A stretch of 64,000 nucleotides of DNA. It comes from Acidobacteriota bacterium (lineage in GTDB: Bacteria > Acidobacteriota > UBA890 > WLXD01). The stretch spans positions 1,824,001 through 1,888,000 of the forward strand of contig CBDBHB010000009.1 in the NCBI GenBank assembly GCA_965205505.1, given 5' to 3'. Under the pieces are notes generated by a model that made no database searches, was not told the DNA's origin, and saw nothing but the letters and a program-made list of their open reading frames with translations. Shown one piece after another: positions 9,200-20,563 of the stretch (the stretch's first letter is position 1; every line of letters begins with the position of its first letter). The position numbers were made by a program, and so were the translations under genes.

Positions 9200-9474
9200 C
9201 TAGCAGGCCGTGGTGAAAGTGTGGTGGGTCTGGTTACGGCGAGTTGGGGCCAGATGCAAGGCGGCCTGACACTGGCGATGACCTAGCCATCGTCGAGGAA
9301 GGCCAACGCCGCAAATGGCCCCAAATCGCCGTAACCCTTCGGGCGACAGGGGGTTGCGCGCGTATGCTGCGTCGTTCCTCGTCAACGATGGGGTACCCAT
9401 CGCCTCCTCCTCTCTCCTTGCCTGCACTTCGCAAGTCCCTGTCGCCAGACCCACCACACTTTCACCACGGCCTG

Positions 9475-9478
<4 letters not shown>
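9200..9478. mobile_element. Family-A MITE, complete copy (279 bp, two internal hairpin modules)
   Basis: Perfect 34-bp terminal inverted repeats CTAGCAGGCCGTGGTGAAAGTGTGGTGGGTCTGG / CCAGACCCACCACACTTTCACCACGGCCTGCTAG. Confidence 0.92.
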
Positions 9479-11003
<1,525 letters not shown>

Positions 11004-11088
11004 AGGCCTCCTGGAGGGTGTAGACGGGGTCTTGTCGCGGGCCTCGGTCGGCAAAGTTCCTCGCCAGGAGACGGGCAGCGTAGGCTAG

Positions 11089-11564
<476 letters not shown>

Positions 11565-11600
11565 GCTGCGATGCGGCGCCCGCTAGGGCGGCTCCCCGTG

Positions 11601-13667
11601 CTATTGCCCGGTATTGATGGTGTCGCGGATTATCAACCGGTTACCGGGGAACAGCGTCGTGTTCGTGGCGATGCCGTTCCAGGCGCAGAGCTTCGCTACC
11701 GTCACGCCGAAGCGTTGCGCGATGCGGCCCAGCGTGTCGCCGCGCCGCACCGTATAGGTAGTGGCGATCGAGCTGCCGTCGGTGTGAAGGGTCAGCTTGT
11801 CGCCGGGATAGATGCGGCTCGACGATAGGCCGTTCCAGGCGCGTAGGTCGCGAAGTGACACTCCGTGCAGGCGTGCGATGGAGTCGAGAGTATCGCCGCG
11901 GCGCACGGTGTAGGCGAGCTCTTGTGTGCTGGCTGGACTCGAGGAGGCAGCACGATCGCGGGTGGCCGCAGCATCGGCAGGCTTGGCGGCCACGGCCGGC
12001 GCATTGCTCGTAGCACCGCCATAGTAGATGTCGAGGGTATCGCCCTGGCTGAGCCGATCGGACCGGAGCCCGTTCCACCGCTTCACGTCGGCCACCCTGG
12101 TGTCGTAGGCGCGTGCGATCAGCCACAGGCTCTCGCCCCGGCGAACGGTGTGCACGATCTTGTCGCCGCGCGCCACGCCCGAGCGTTGGACCAGCTCCGG
12201 GCGTACGCTGCTCGGCACCGCGACGCTGCCTGCCGCCTGCGCAACCGGAATCAAGAGCTTGGTGCCGGCACGAACGCGCCGCGGGTCGCGGATGCCGTTG
12301 TAGTCGGCGACGGCGCGCCAGGACAGACCGTAGTCGTCACCTATTTCCGATAGGGTCTCGCCGCGGCTGACAACATGCTCGACAACGCGCACGCGCTCGT
12401 CGACCGGGATGGCAGCGTAGGCAACGCGGAAGTCGCGCGCCCGGCCGGCGGGGACCCTCAAGGTGTACTCGGGAATCCTCGGCGTGGTACGGCGTAGCAG
12501 CTGTGGGTTCAGCTTCTGGATAGTCTCGAGCGTCGTGCCGGCGGCCTCGGCGATGACCTGGAGATCGGTCATCGAGTCGATGGTCACCTCGTCGAACACG
12601 AACGGTGGCTGCTCCTCGATCATGAAGTCGTAGCGCTCGGGCTCCGATCCGATGAGGATGGCGGCGAGGATCTTGGGAACGAACTCGCGCGTTTCGCGCG
12701 GTAGTGCCCGCGTGGCGGCCAGGCTCCAGAAGTCGGTGACGTTGGCACGCCGCAGGGCTCGCCCGACGCGGCCCTTGCCGCCGTTGTATGCGGCGATCGC
12801 CAGGTGCCAGTCTTCGAACTCGGCGTAGTAGTCGAGAATGAAGCGCGCGATGGCCGCCGTCGATTTCACCGGATCACGCCGCTCGTCGACGAAGTAGTCG
12901 ACGCGAAGGCCGTAGAGACGCGCGGTGGGCGCCATCAGCTGCCAGAGCCCCACCGCGCTGGCTCGCGATCGCACCACCGGCTTGAAGAGGCTTTCGATGA
13001 GCGGGATCCAGGCCAGCTCGGCGGGCACGCCGGCGTTGGCGAAGGTCTCGTTGATCAATGGTAGGTAACGCTGGGCGCGTTCGAGGCCGCCCTGGATGAC
13101 CTCACGGCGCTGAGTCGACAGGAACTTCACCGCTTCGATCACGCGCGGGTGGTCCGCTGGCACCGGGATGGTAAAGCGTGGCAGAGCCGGTAGCGTGTCG
13201 GCGAGGCGGGCACGGAGCATGTCGATCTCGGCGTTGCTGAGCACCGGGATCTCCTCGCTGGGGAGGTCGGGCGCGCTGGCTTCGACCGGGATCAGGTAGA
13301 CGTCGAGCTGTTCGGCGTCGACCCGGTTGACCACCCAATTGAAGGCGCTGCGGAATTCCGCCTCGTCGCCCTGCGGAATATCGGCCTCCATGAAAACGCT
13401 GATCGCGGCGTCGAAATGTTGCTGCGCGGCGGCTTCATCGCCGCCTCGAAGGGCGTAGATACCGAGACCGTAGTGACGGTCGGCCTCGACGCGGAGCTCT
13501 TCCACGGTGGGTTGGGGCGCTTCGATGGCCGTCGGCGGCACCAGCTCTGGCGGCGGTGCGGCGGCCTTGGAGCAACCCGCCGCGATGGCGGCAAGCAGAA
13601 CGAGTAGGGCAATGGCCGGTTTGCGACCCGCTGAGTCAGCGTCGCTGGAACAGGTCGTGTTCTTCAC
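11601..13667 (-). CDS. MltD-like lytic transglycosylase lipoprotein with four LysM domains
   Basis: Lipobox IAAGC; SLT motifs IESLF, AVGLWQLM, AAYNGG, ETREFVPKI; four (H/Y)xVxRGxxL LysM repeats. Start position is approximate. Confidence 0.9.
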   Translation of the reverse strand: MKNTTCSSDADSAGRKPAIALLVLLAAIAAGCSKAAAPPPELVPPTAIEAPQPTVEELRVEADRHYGLGIYALRGGDEAAAQQHFDAAISVFMEADIPQGDEAEFRSAFNWVVNRVDAEQLDVYLIPVEASAPDLPSEEIPVLSNAEIDMLRARLADTLPALPRFTIPVPADHPRVIEAVKFLSTQRREVIQGGLERAQRYLPLINETFANAGVPAELAWIPLIESLFKPVVRSRASAVGLWQLMAPTARLYGLRVDYFVDERRDPVKSTAAIARFILDYYAEFEDWHLAIAAYNGGKGRVGRALRRANVTDFWSLAATRALPRETREFVPKILAAILIGSEPERYDFMIEEQPPFVFDEVTIDSMTDLQVIAEAAGTTLETIQKLNPQLLRRTTPRIPEYTLRVPAGRARDFRVAYAAIPVDERVRVVEHVVSRGETLSEIGDDYGLSWRAVADYNGIRDPRRVRAGTKLLIPVAQAAGSVAVPSSVRPELVQRSGVARGDKIVHTVRRGESLWLIARAYDTRVADVKRWNGLRSDRLSQGDTLDIYYGGATSNAPAVAAKPADAAATRDRAASSSPASTQELAYTVRRGDTLDSIARLHGVSLRDLRAWNGLSSSRIYPGDKLTLHTDGSSIATTYTVRRGDTLGRIAQRFGVTVAKLCAWNGIATNTTLFPGNRLIIRDTINTGQ

Positions 13668-15468
13668 CAAACTCGTACGCCAGGGGAGTGATGATGGTCT
13701 GTGGGCCGATGCGTATGGTCTCGCCGCGGTCGAGCGCACGTCGTACGTCCGCTTCTGCAACGAAGTCGACAGGTGTAGCAACCGTTGCCCTTCCCGCCTC
13801 CCGCTCCTGGTCCATCGGTCGGTTTGTCGGAGTCGCCGCGTACGCCCCGCGCGATGACTCTGGCTTCGTCTTGCCCACGGTTGCAGAGTCACCGTGCTGG
13901 CATATAGGACAACCGCAGCTGTCCCCATGGGCGGCAGCTTTACCCACGCCCGGGATACTGGTTGCCGGAGCGATTATACCCCTGCCGCGCAGAAACTCAC
14001 CGACCTGCCCCTCCAGGTCGTCGTGGCGCGCCGCCGCTGCGATCGCCTCGGGTGCAGCCTCCCGCCGTTGCGCAGCGGCTCGCGGTGAGGTGGATGAGGA
14101 ACTGCGAAACGGTCGTTTCCCATACGCCAGGCGTTTGATGTTGATCAGGTGCTGGGGGCCAATGTTGTCGGAAGTGATGTTGTTGCCCCAGGACCCACAG
14201 CCCAGCGTCATCGATGGGAACAACCCGGTGGTCAGACCCACGGCGCCGACTGCGGCGACGGTGTTGACAAGTACACGATGCGCCGGTTTGTGCAGACCGA
14301 ACTCCAGCACCACGGAGTCATCCTGGGAATGGATCACCATCGTGTGTCCCTGGCCGCCGAACTCCAGCAGCTGCCGGCAGCGTTCGCAGCCCTCCTTCCA
14401 GTCCTCGACCTCGTAGAACGCCAGCACCGGCGAGAGCTTCTCGTGCGATAACGGATAGTCGCGCCCGACCCCATTCTGCGGGCACATCAGCACCCGCGTT
14501 CCGGTTGGCACATCGATGCCCGCAGCTTCGGCGACGGTCGCCGCGGTCTGGCCCACCAGCGCAGTGTTGACGAGCAGCTTGTCGGTGATCAGCACCGACG
14601 CCAGCCGCTCGCACTCGTCCGGCGACAGGAAGTGTCCGCCTTCGACCTGCACCGCGGCGACGACGCGGTCGCGAATGCCCCGGTCGCAGATGAGCGCCTG
14701 CTCCGACGAGCACAGCGTACCGTTGTCGAATGTGGTGCCGGCAATGATGTCGGCAACTGCCTGCTCGACGTCGGCGCTGCGCTCGACGTAGGCGGGCACG
14801 TTGCCAGGCCCGACGCCGTATGCCGGTTTGCCGGCCGAGTACGCCGAACGCACCATCGCCATGCCGCCGGTTGCCAGAATCACGTCGATATTGCGGTCGT
14901 GCATGAGCTCGCGCGTGCCTTCCATCGTCACCACCGTCATGCAGCCGATGATGTTTCGGGGAGCCCCGGCGGCAACCGTAGCCTCGTGCATCACGTCGGT
15001 GGCAGACTTGACGCACGCCTTGGCATTAGGGTGCGGTGACAGCACCACGCCGCAACGCGCCTTCAAGGCGATGAGAGTCTTGAACATCGCCGTCGACGTG
15101 GGGTTCGTGGTGGGGATGATCGCCGCCACCACACCCACCGGCTCGGCGATCTCCCGCACGCTCGCTGCCGAGTCCTCGCGGATCACCCCGACGGTACGCA
15201 TGCCGCGCATCGCCTCGACGACTTGCTCGAGCACGAAGTTGTTCTTGGCGATCTTGTCGTCGACGTTGCCGTAGCCGGTCTCCTCGACCGCCATCGCCGC
15301 CAGGCGGGCGCTCTCGCGCAGGCCTGCCGAGGCCATCGCTTCGACAATCGCGTCGACCTGTTCCTGCGAGGCCTGCTCCAGCTGTGCCTGTGCGGCGGCG
15401 GCGGCACGGGTGAGCGCGCGCACCTCGTGAATCGATCGCAGGTCGCGATCCAGGTCCGGCAGACTCAT
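13636..15468 (-). CDS. Acylating aldehyde dehydrogenase (EutE/PduP/AdhE-N-like) with C-terminal extension
   Basis: IIPTTNPTST, ATGGMAMV, GVGPGNVP, FDNGTLCSSEQ, EKLSP and LGCGSWG motifs. Confidence 0.92.
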   Translation of the reverse strand: MSLPDLDRDLRSIHEVRALTRAAAAAQAQLEQASQEQVDAIVEAMASAGLRESARLAAMAVEETGYGNVDDKIAKNNFVLEQVVEAMRGMRTVGVIREDSAASVREIAEPVGVVAAIIPTTNPTSTAMFKTLIALKARCGVVLSPHPNAKACVKSATDVMHEATVAAGAPRNIIGCMTVVTMEGTRELMHDRNIDVILATGGMAMVRSAYSAGKPAYGVGPGNVPAYVERSADVEQAVADIIAGTTFDNGTLCSSEQALICDRGIRDRVVAAVQVEGGHFLSPDECERLASVLITDKLLVNTALVGQTAATVAEAAGIDVPTGTRVLMCPQNGVGRDYPLSHEKLSPVLAFYEVEDWKEGCERCRQLLEFGGQGHTMVIHSQDDSVVLEFGLHKPAHRVLVNTVAAVGAVGLTTGLFPSMTLGCGSWGNNITSDNIGPQHLINIKRLAYGKRPFRSSSSTSPRAAAQRREAAPEAIAAAARHDDLEGQVGEFLRGRGIIAPATSIPGVGKAAAHGDSCGCPICQHGDSATVGKTKPESSRGAYAATPTNRPMDQEREAGRATVATPVDFVAEADVRRALDRGETIRIGPQTIITPLAYEFGEEHDLFQRR

Positions 15469-15537
15469 CGACGAGGCCTACGCCCCGACGGTTCGTTCAG
15501 GCGCCCCCGCATTGCTCGAGGCCTGACTCCGGGTCGG

Positions 15538-15846
15538 CTACTTCTTCTTCGGGTCCGGCTGCAGGTCGGTTGCCGGCAGGATCTTCTCGACTTCATCGTG
15601 TGGTCGCGGGATGACGTGCACGGCCACCAGCTCGCCGACACGCCGCGCCGCGGCTGCTCCGGCGTCGGTGGCAGCCTTCACCGCTCCCACGTCGCCGCGC
15701 ACCATCACGGTGACGAATGCGGCGCCGATCTGCTCGCGCCCGATCAGCTGGACGTTCGCCGCCTTCACCATTGCGTCGGCTGCTTCGATCGAGGCAATCA
15801 GACCGCGGGTTTCCACCATGCCCAGCGCTTCGTAGGAAATTGACAT
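15538..15846 (-). CDS. Bacterial microcompartment hexamer shell protein (BMC-H, EutM/PduA-like)
   Basis: [27 protein letters not shown]...[15 protein letters not shown]...HVIPRPH. Confidence 0.96.
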   Translation of the reverse strand: MSISYEALGMVETRGLIASIEAADAMVKAANVQLIGREQIGAAFVTVMVRGDVGAVKAATDAGAAAARRVGELVAVHVIPRPHDEVEKILPATDLQPDPKKK

Positions 15847-16097
15847 GCGTCACTCCATGCAGGGGCCGCACCCCGCTGGCCCCGTATATTTCCGGCTTCC
15901 TCGAGCCCGTGAACCCACAGCCTGCTCGGGCCGCGAATCCGACCTGCCGGAACGGCCGGAAGGTAGCATGGGAGTGCTGCTAGCGGTAGACTGGGCCGTC
16001 ACGGCCTAAGGGGACGGGAGGCCGTAACCGCGCGCGATTCGGCTGGCCACCACCGCCCTTGCTTCCCCGCGACCGCGATACTTTTCGGAGGAGTTTC

Positions 16098-17003
16098 ATG
16101 CCCACACCGTTGTTCCGTGAGCGCCCGCGGCCAGCACTGACCGTCTTCGCCCTCGCTCTTGTTGCCGCCGTGGCCTCTGCTGCCTGTGCCGCTGACGAGA
16201 CGCTGCAGGTCGACGTCCAGGTGCAGCTAGACCTACCCGAGAGCGTGGCGCTCGGAGAGCCGTTGGATATCGGGTTCGTATGGACGCCGGCCAGCGAGTT
16301 CGGCGCTCCTGCCGACGACTACCGGGTCTTCGTCCACATGATCGATCCGGACGGAAATATTCTTCTGCAAGACGATCACTACCCGCCCCAACCTACCAGC
16401 CAGTGGCGTGCAGGCCAGGTCGAGGAGTACAGGCGCTGGTATGACCCGCCGAACTCGATCGAGGCCGAGTACCTGGACTTCGTGGTCGGTCTCTACTCAG
16501 CGGACATGCGTACTCGCATCCGCGACACCGACGGTGACTGGGTAGAGGGTGTGCAGGTACATCGCGTGACGGTGCGCGCCGACGACGTTTCGGGGATTCC
16601 GCTCTACATGGAAGGCTGGCATCCTCCGGAGCGAGTCGAGGAGCCCGGGCCGCGCGAGCCGCGCGAGTGGCGCTGGAGTCAGCAAACTGCCCGCGCCGTG
16701 TTCACCAACCCACACAAGGATGCGGTATTGCATCTGCGCGCACACGGGCCGTTCGACGAGGTCGGCGCGCAGGTAGTGGTGCTCCGCATCGGCGACAACG
16801 AGGTGGCCAACGTCGCGGTCAACGGCGCCGATGAGTTTCTCGAGCGCATCGTGATCCTGGCCTCGGCCATGGGTGACAACGAGTGGGTGGAGCTGAACCT
16901 CGAGGTGACGCCAGCTCTGGTGCCGCAAGAGCTCGATCCGAGCTCGCAGGACGATCGTGAGCTGGGGCTGCAAGTGTTTTCGATGTACCTGTCGTCCTCC
17001 TGA
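16098..17003 (+). CDS. Exported hypothetical protein with beta-rich domains
   Basis: RBS GGAGGA, signal peptide, YRVFVH...QDDH.P...W motif and C-terminal DDRELGL. Confidence 0.75.
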   Translation: MPTPLFRERPRPALTVFALALVAAVASAACAADETLQVDVQVQLDLPESVALGEPLDIGFVWTPASEFGAPADDYRVFVHMIDPDGNILLQDDHYPPQPTSQWRAGQVEEYRRWYDPPNSIEAEYLDFVVGLYSADMRTRIRDTDGDWVEGVQVHRVTVRADDVSGIPLYMEGWHPPERVEEPGPREPREWRWSQQTARAVFTNPHKDAVLHLRAHGPFDEVGAQVVVLRIGDNEVANVAVNGADEFLERIVILASAMGDNEWVELNLEVTPALVPQELDPSSQDDRELGLQVFSMYLSSS

Positions 17004-17027
17004 AACGGTGGTGGGGCTGCCGTCTCA

Positions 17028-18158
<1,131 letters not shown>

Positions 18159-18311
18159 CTACGCGCCCGGCGCGCTGCCGGGTCCGGCGGTCTTCTCGGG
18201 ATGCTCGAACGTCGAGTCGCCCGTCGAGAACACCTTGCGGAAGCAGAAGATCACCAGGCCGAAGATGAAGACCCAGGCGAGGATCAGGAACGTCCAGCCT
18301 GCTGCGGTCAT
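18159..18311 (-). CDS. 50-aa single-TM protein, MetS-like small subunit of the NSS transporter (not in the ORF track)
   Basis: MTAAGWTFLILAWVFIFGLVIFCFRKVFSTGDSTFEHPEKTAGPGSAPGA*, starting about 20 bp after the transporter stop. Confidence 0.75.
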   Translation of the reverse strand: MTAAGWTFLILAWVFIFGLVIFCFRKVFSTGDSTFEHPEKTAGPGSAPGA

Positions 18312-18332
18312 GCCCATCAGCGTGCTCCCGGG

Positions 18333-19913
18333 TTAGGCCGCGTCAGCGGTCGAGTGGTTGCGCCAGGCGTAGGAAACAGCGACGCAGAAAGCCAGGAAGA
18401 TGCCGATCATTGTTAGCCGGGCGGCGCGCACGTAGGGTACGAAGTCCGGGTTGACGCCCTCGTAGCGGAGCACCGGCGGCAGGATCTGGAGGATCCAGCT
18501 GCCGAGGATCACCAGCAGCATCGCTGGCGTCACGTACTTGATGATGAAACGGAAGATCACCGGCACCTGCAGATCGGCACCGGTGGTGAGTTCCTTCCAG
18601 CCCTTGTCGATGCCGAATACCCAGCCAAACAGGATGATCTCGATGGTGGCGAACACCACCAGGCCGAAGGTGCCGGCCCAGAAATCGAACTCGCTCAGAA
18701 AGCCCTGCTGGTTGTAGAAGATCACCGGCTGACAGCCCACGAAGACGATCGCGCCGAGCACCACCGCGGCCTTTTGCCGGGTCATGCGGAACTCCTCCTG
18801 CAGAAACGCCATGATCGGCTGGCCCATGGCCAGCGACGAAGTAATGCCGGCGAAGAACAGCAGGGCAAACCACATTGCCCCAAAGAACTGCCCCGCCGGA
18901 ATCTGTTGGAAGAGCGTTGGCATGAGCGCGAACGGCAGGTCGAAGCCGCTGCTGGCGAGCTCCAAAGTCCGGTCGAGCCCGAAGAAAGCCACCGCGGCGG
19001 GAATCGCCAGCGTGCCACCAAGCACCACCTCGGCAAACTCGTTGGTCGCCGCCGTTGCCAGGCCGGTCAGGGCGACGTCGTCCTTCTCGCGCAGATAGCT
19101 GGCGTAACAGTGAATCGATCCCAGGCCCAGGCTGAGGGTGAAGAACACCTGGCCGGCTGCCGCCAGCCACACGGTGGGGCTGGTAAGCAGCTCCGGCACC
19201 GGGTTCCAGGTGAAGCCCATACCAGCGCTGATGCTGTAGTCCGGCAGCGCCGGGTCCGGAGTCCCCAGGGTAAGCACTCGGATGACAAGCACGATGGCGA
19301 ATATGAACAGCGTCGGCAGGGCGATCCGGGCGACCGCCTCGATGCCCCCCGACACGCCCTTCGAGAGAATCCAGACGTTGGCCAACAGGGTCACCGCGAA
19401 CAGCACCCAGGCCCAGGTCACCGACGTGAAGTAGGTGATCCCGGCGCCCGACACGGCCGGATCGCTCATGTCGATGGGGATGCCGTGGTAGCTGCGCAGG
19501 AAGGCCAGCATGGGCTCGAACTCGGCTGCACCCCAGTACGAGCCGGTGGCGGTGAAGATGGTGTAGCCGAGCGACCACGACTCGATGTAGGTGTAGTAGA
19601 TCATCACCACGAGCGGCATGAACAGGCCCAGCACCCCCACGTACTTCGCCGCCGGGTGGTCCCAGATCCTGGCCATCATGCCGGGCGTCGAAGAGTGCCC
19701 GTAGCGGCCGCCGTAGCGCCCGATCGACCACTCCACCCACATCAGCGGAATGCCCAGCAGCAAGAAGCAGATGAAGTAGGGGACCATGAAGGCGCCGCCG
19801 CCGTTCGACGCGGCCTGAACCGGGAAGCGCAGGAAATTGCCCAGCCCGACGGCGTTGCCCGCCATTGCCAGGATCAACCCGACCCTGGTGGCCCAGCGTT
19901 CTCTGTCAGTCAT
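18333..19913 (-). CDS. Sodium-dependent amino-acid transporter, NSS family (LeuT-like)
   Basis: RERWATRVGLILAMAGNAVGLGNFLRFPVQAASNGGGAF, QVFFTLSLG, FFAGITSS. Confidence 0.96.
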   Translation of the reverse strand: MTDRERWATRVGLILAMAGNAVGLGNFLRFPVQAASNGGGAFMVPYFICFLLLGIPLMWVEWSIGRYGGRYGHSSTPGMMARIWDHPAAKYVGVLGLFMPLVVMIYYTYIESWSLGYTIFTATGSYWGAAEFEPMLAFLRSYHGIPIDMSDPAVSGAGITYFTSVTWAWVLFAVTLLANVWILSKGVSGGIEAVARIALPTLFIFAIVLVIRVLTLGTPDPALPDYSISAGMGFTWNPVPELLTSPTVWLAAAGQVFFTLSLGLGSIHCYASYLREKDDVALTGLATAATNEFAEVVLGGTLAIPAAVAFFGLDRTLELASSGFDLPFALMPTLFQQIPAGQFFGAMWFALLFFAGITSSLAMGQPIMAFLQEEFRMTRQKAAVVLGAIVFVGCQPVIFYNQQGFLSEFDFWAGTFGLVVFATIEIILFGWVFGIDKGWKELTTGADLQVPVIFRFIIKYVTPAMLLVILGSWILQILPPVLRYEGVNPDFVPYVRAARLTMIGIFLAFCVAVSYAWRNHSTADAA

Positions 19914-20119
19914 GCGCAGGCTCCCGTACTGGGAAAAACCGCCGAGAATTCAGGCCCCGAACGGGGCTTTGTCGGCCTGAGATCGCCGGCTACTATAGCA
20001 AATAAACCTGTTTGACTGGTCAGAAGGCACGGGCTATAAGGTCTCGGTCCGTGGGTAAGATTGCGCTGCATCGAGTCCGATGCGCCCGGACCGCAGACCC
20101 CCCGCCAAACGTCGTTGGT

Positions 20120-20192
20120 GGGCTCGTAGCTCAGTCGGTAGAGCGAGGGCCTGAAAAGCCCTGCGTCGGTGGTTCAATTCCGCCCGAGCCCA
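20120..20192 (+). tRNA. tRNA-Phe (GAA); CCA not encoded
   Basis: Acceptor GGGCTCG/CGAGCCC-A; D arm GCTC/GAGC; anticodon arm AGGGC-CTGAAAA-GCCCT; T loop GGTTCAATTCC; followed by CCT. Confidence 0.97.
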
Positions 20193-20563
20193 CCTCAATA
20201 ACCCCGCGCTTTCCTAGCTATTTCGGGGTTTCAGCACTACCCGCAGGCGACACCCGTTTCCACCATACGGGGTCATACGGGACCATATTTGACCCCAAAA
20301 CTGGCACCAAACTGACACCACACCTGGTGAGGGGTTCGTTTCACCCGGTCTTGGCGTCGAAGTGAAGCGCCTGGTTGCCGTCTGGATCCTTCTTCGTTGT
20401 CTCGGCCGCTGGCTCCGGGGACGCTGTCCCGAATGTGGCTCGGGCCCTCCTGACTACCTCGGCATCGGAGAACCTCGTGCCCTCGGTGTGGCTATCCGTC
20501 CGACTGGGGGTGGGGCTAATGGGGCGCCGACGCAGTATGTGTGGACGGTCGGTTGCGCTGGTC

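Noticed and set aside
9200-9457. Short ORFs ending ...[14 protein letters not shown] at several loci
   Set aside because: These are translations of the MITE sequence with no independent coding evidence.
15847-16097. Riboswitch (e.g. cobalamin) upstream of the BMC gene
   Set aside because: Only generic GC-rich hairpins are visible; I could not identify the conserved boxes by eye. An Rfam scan would settle it.
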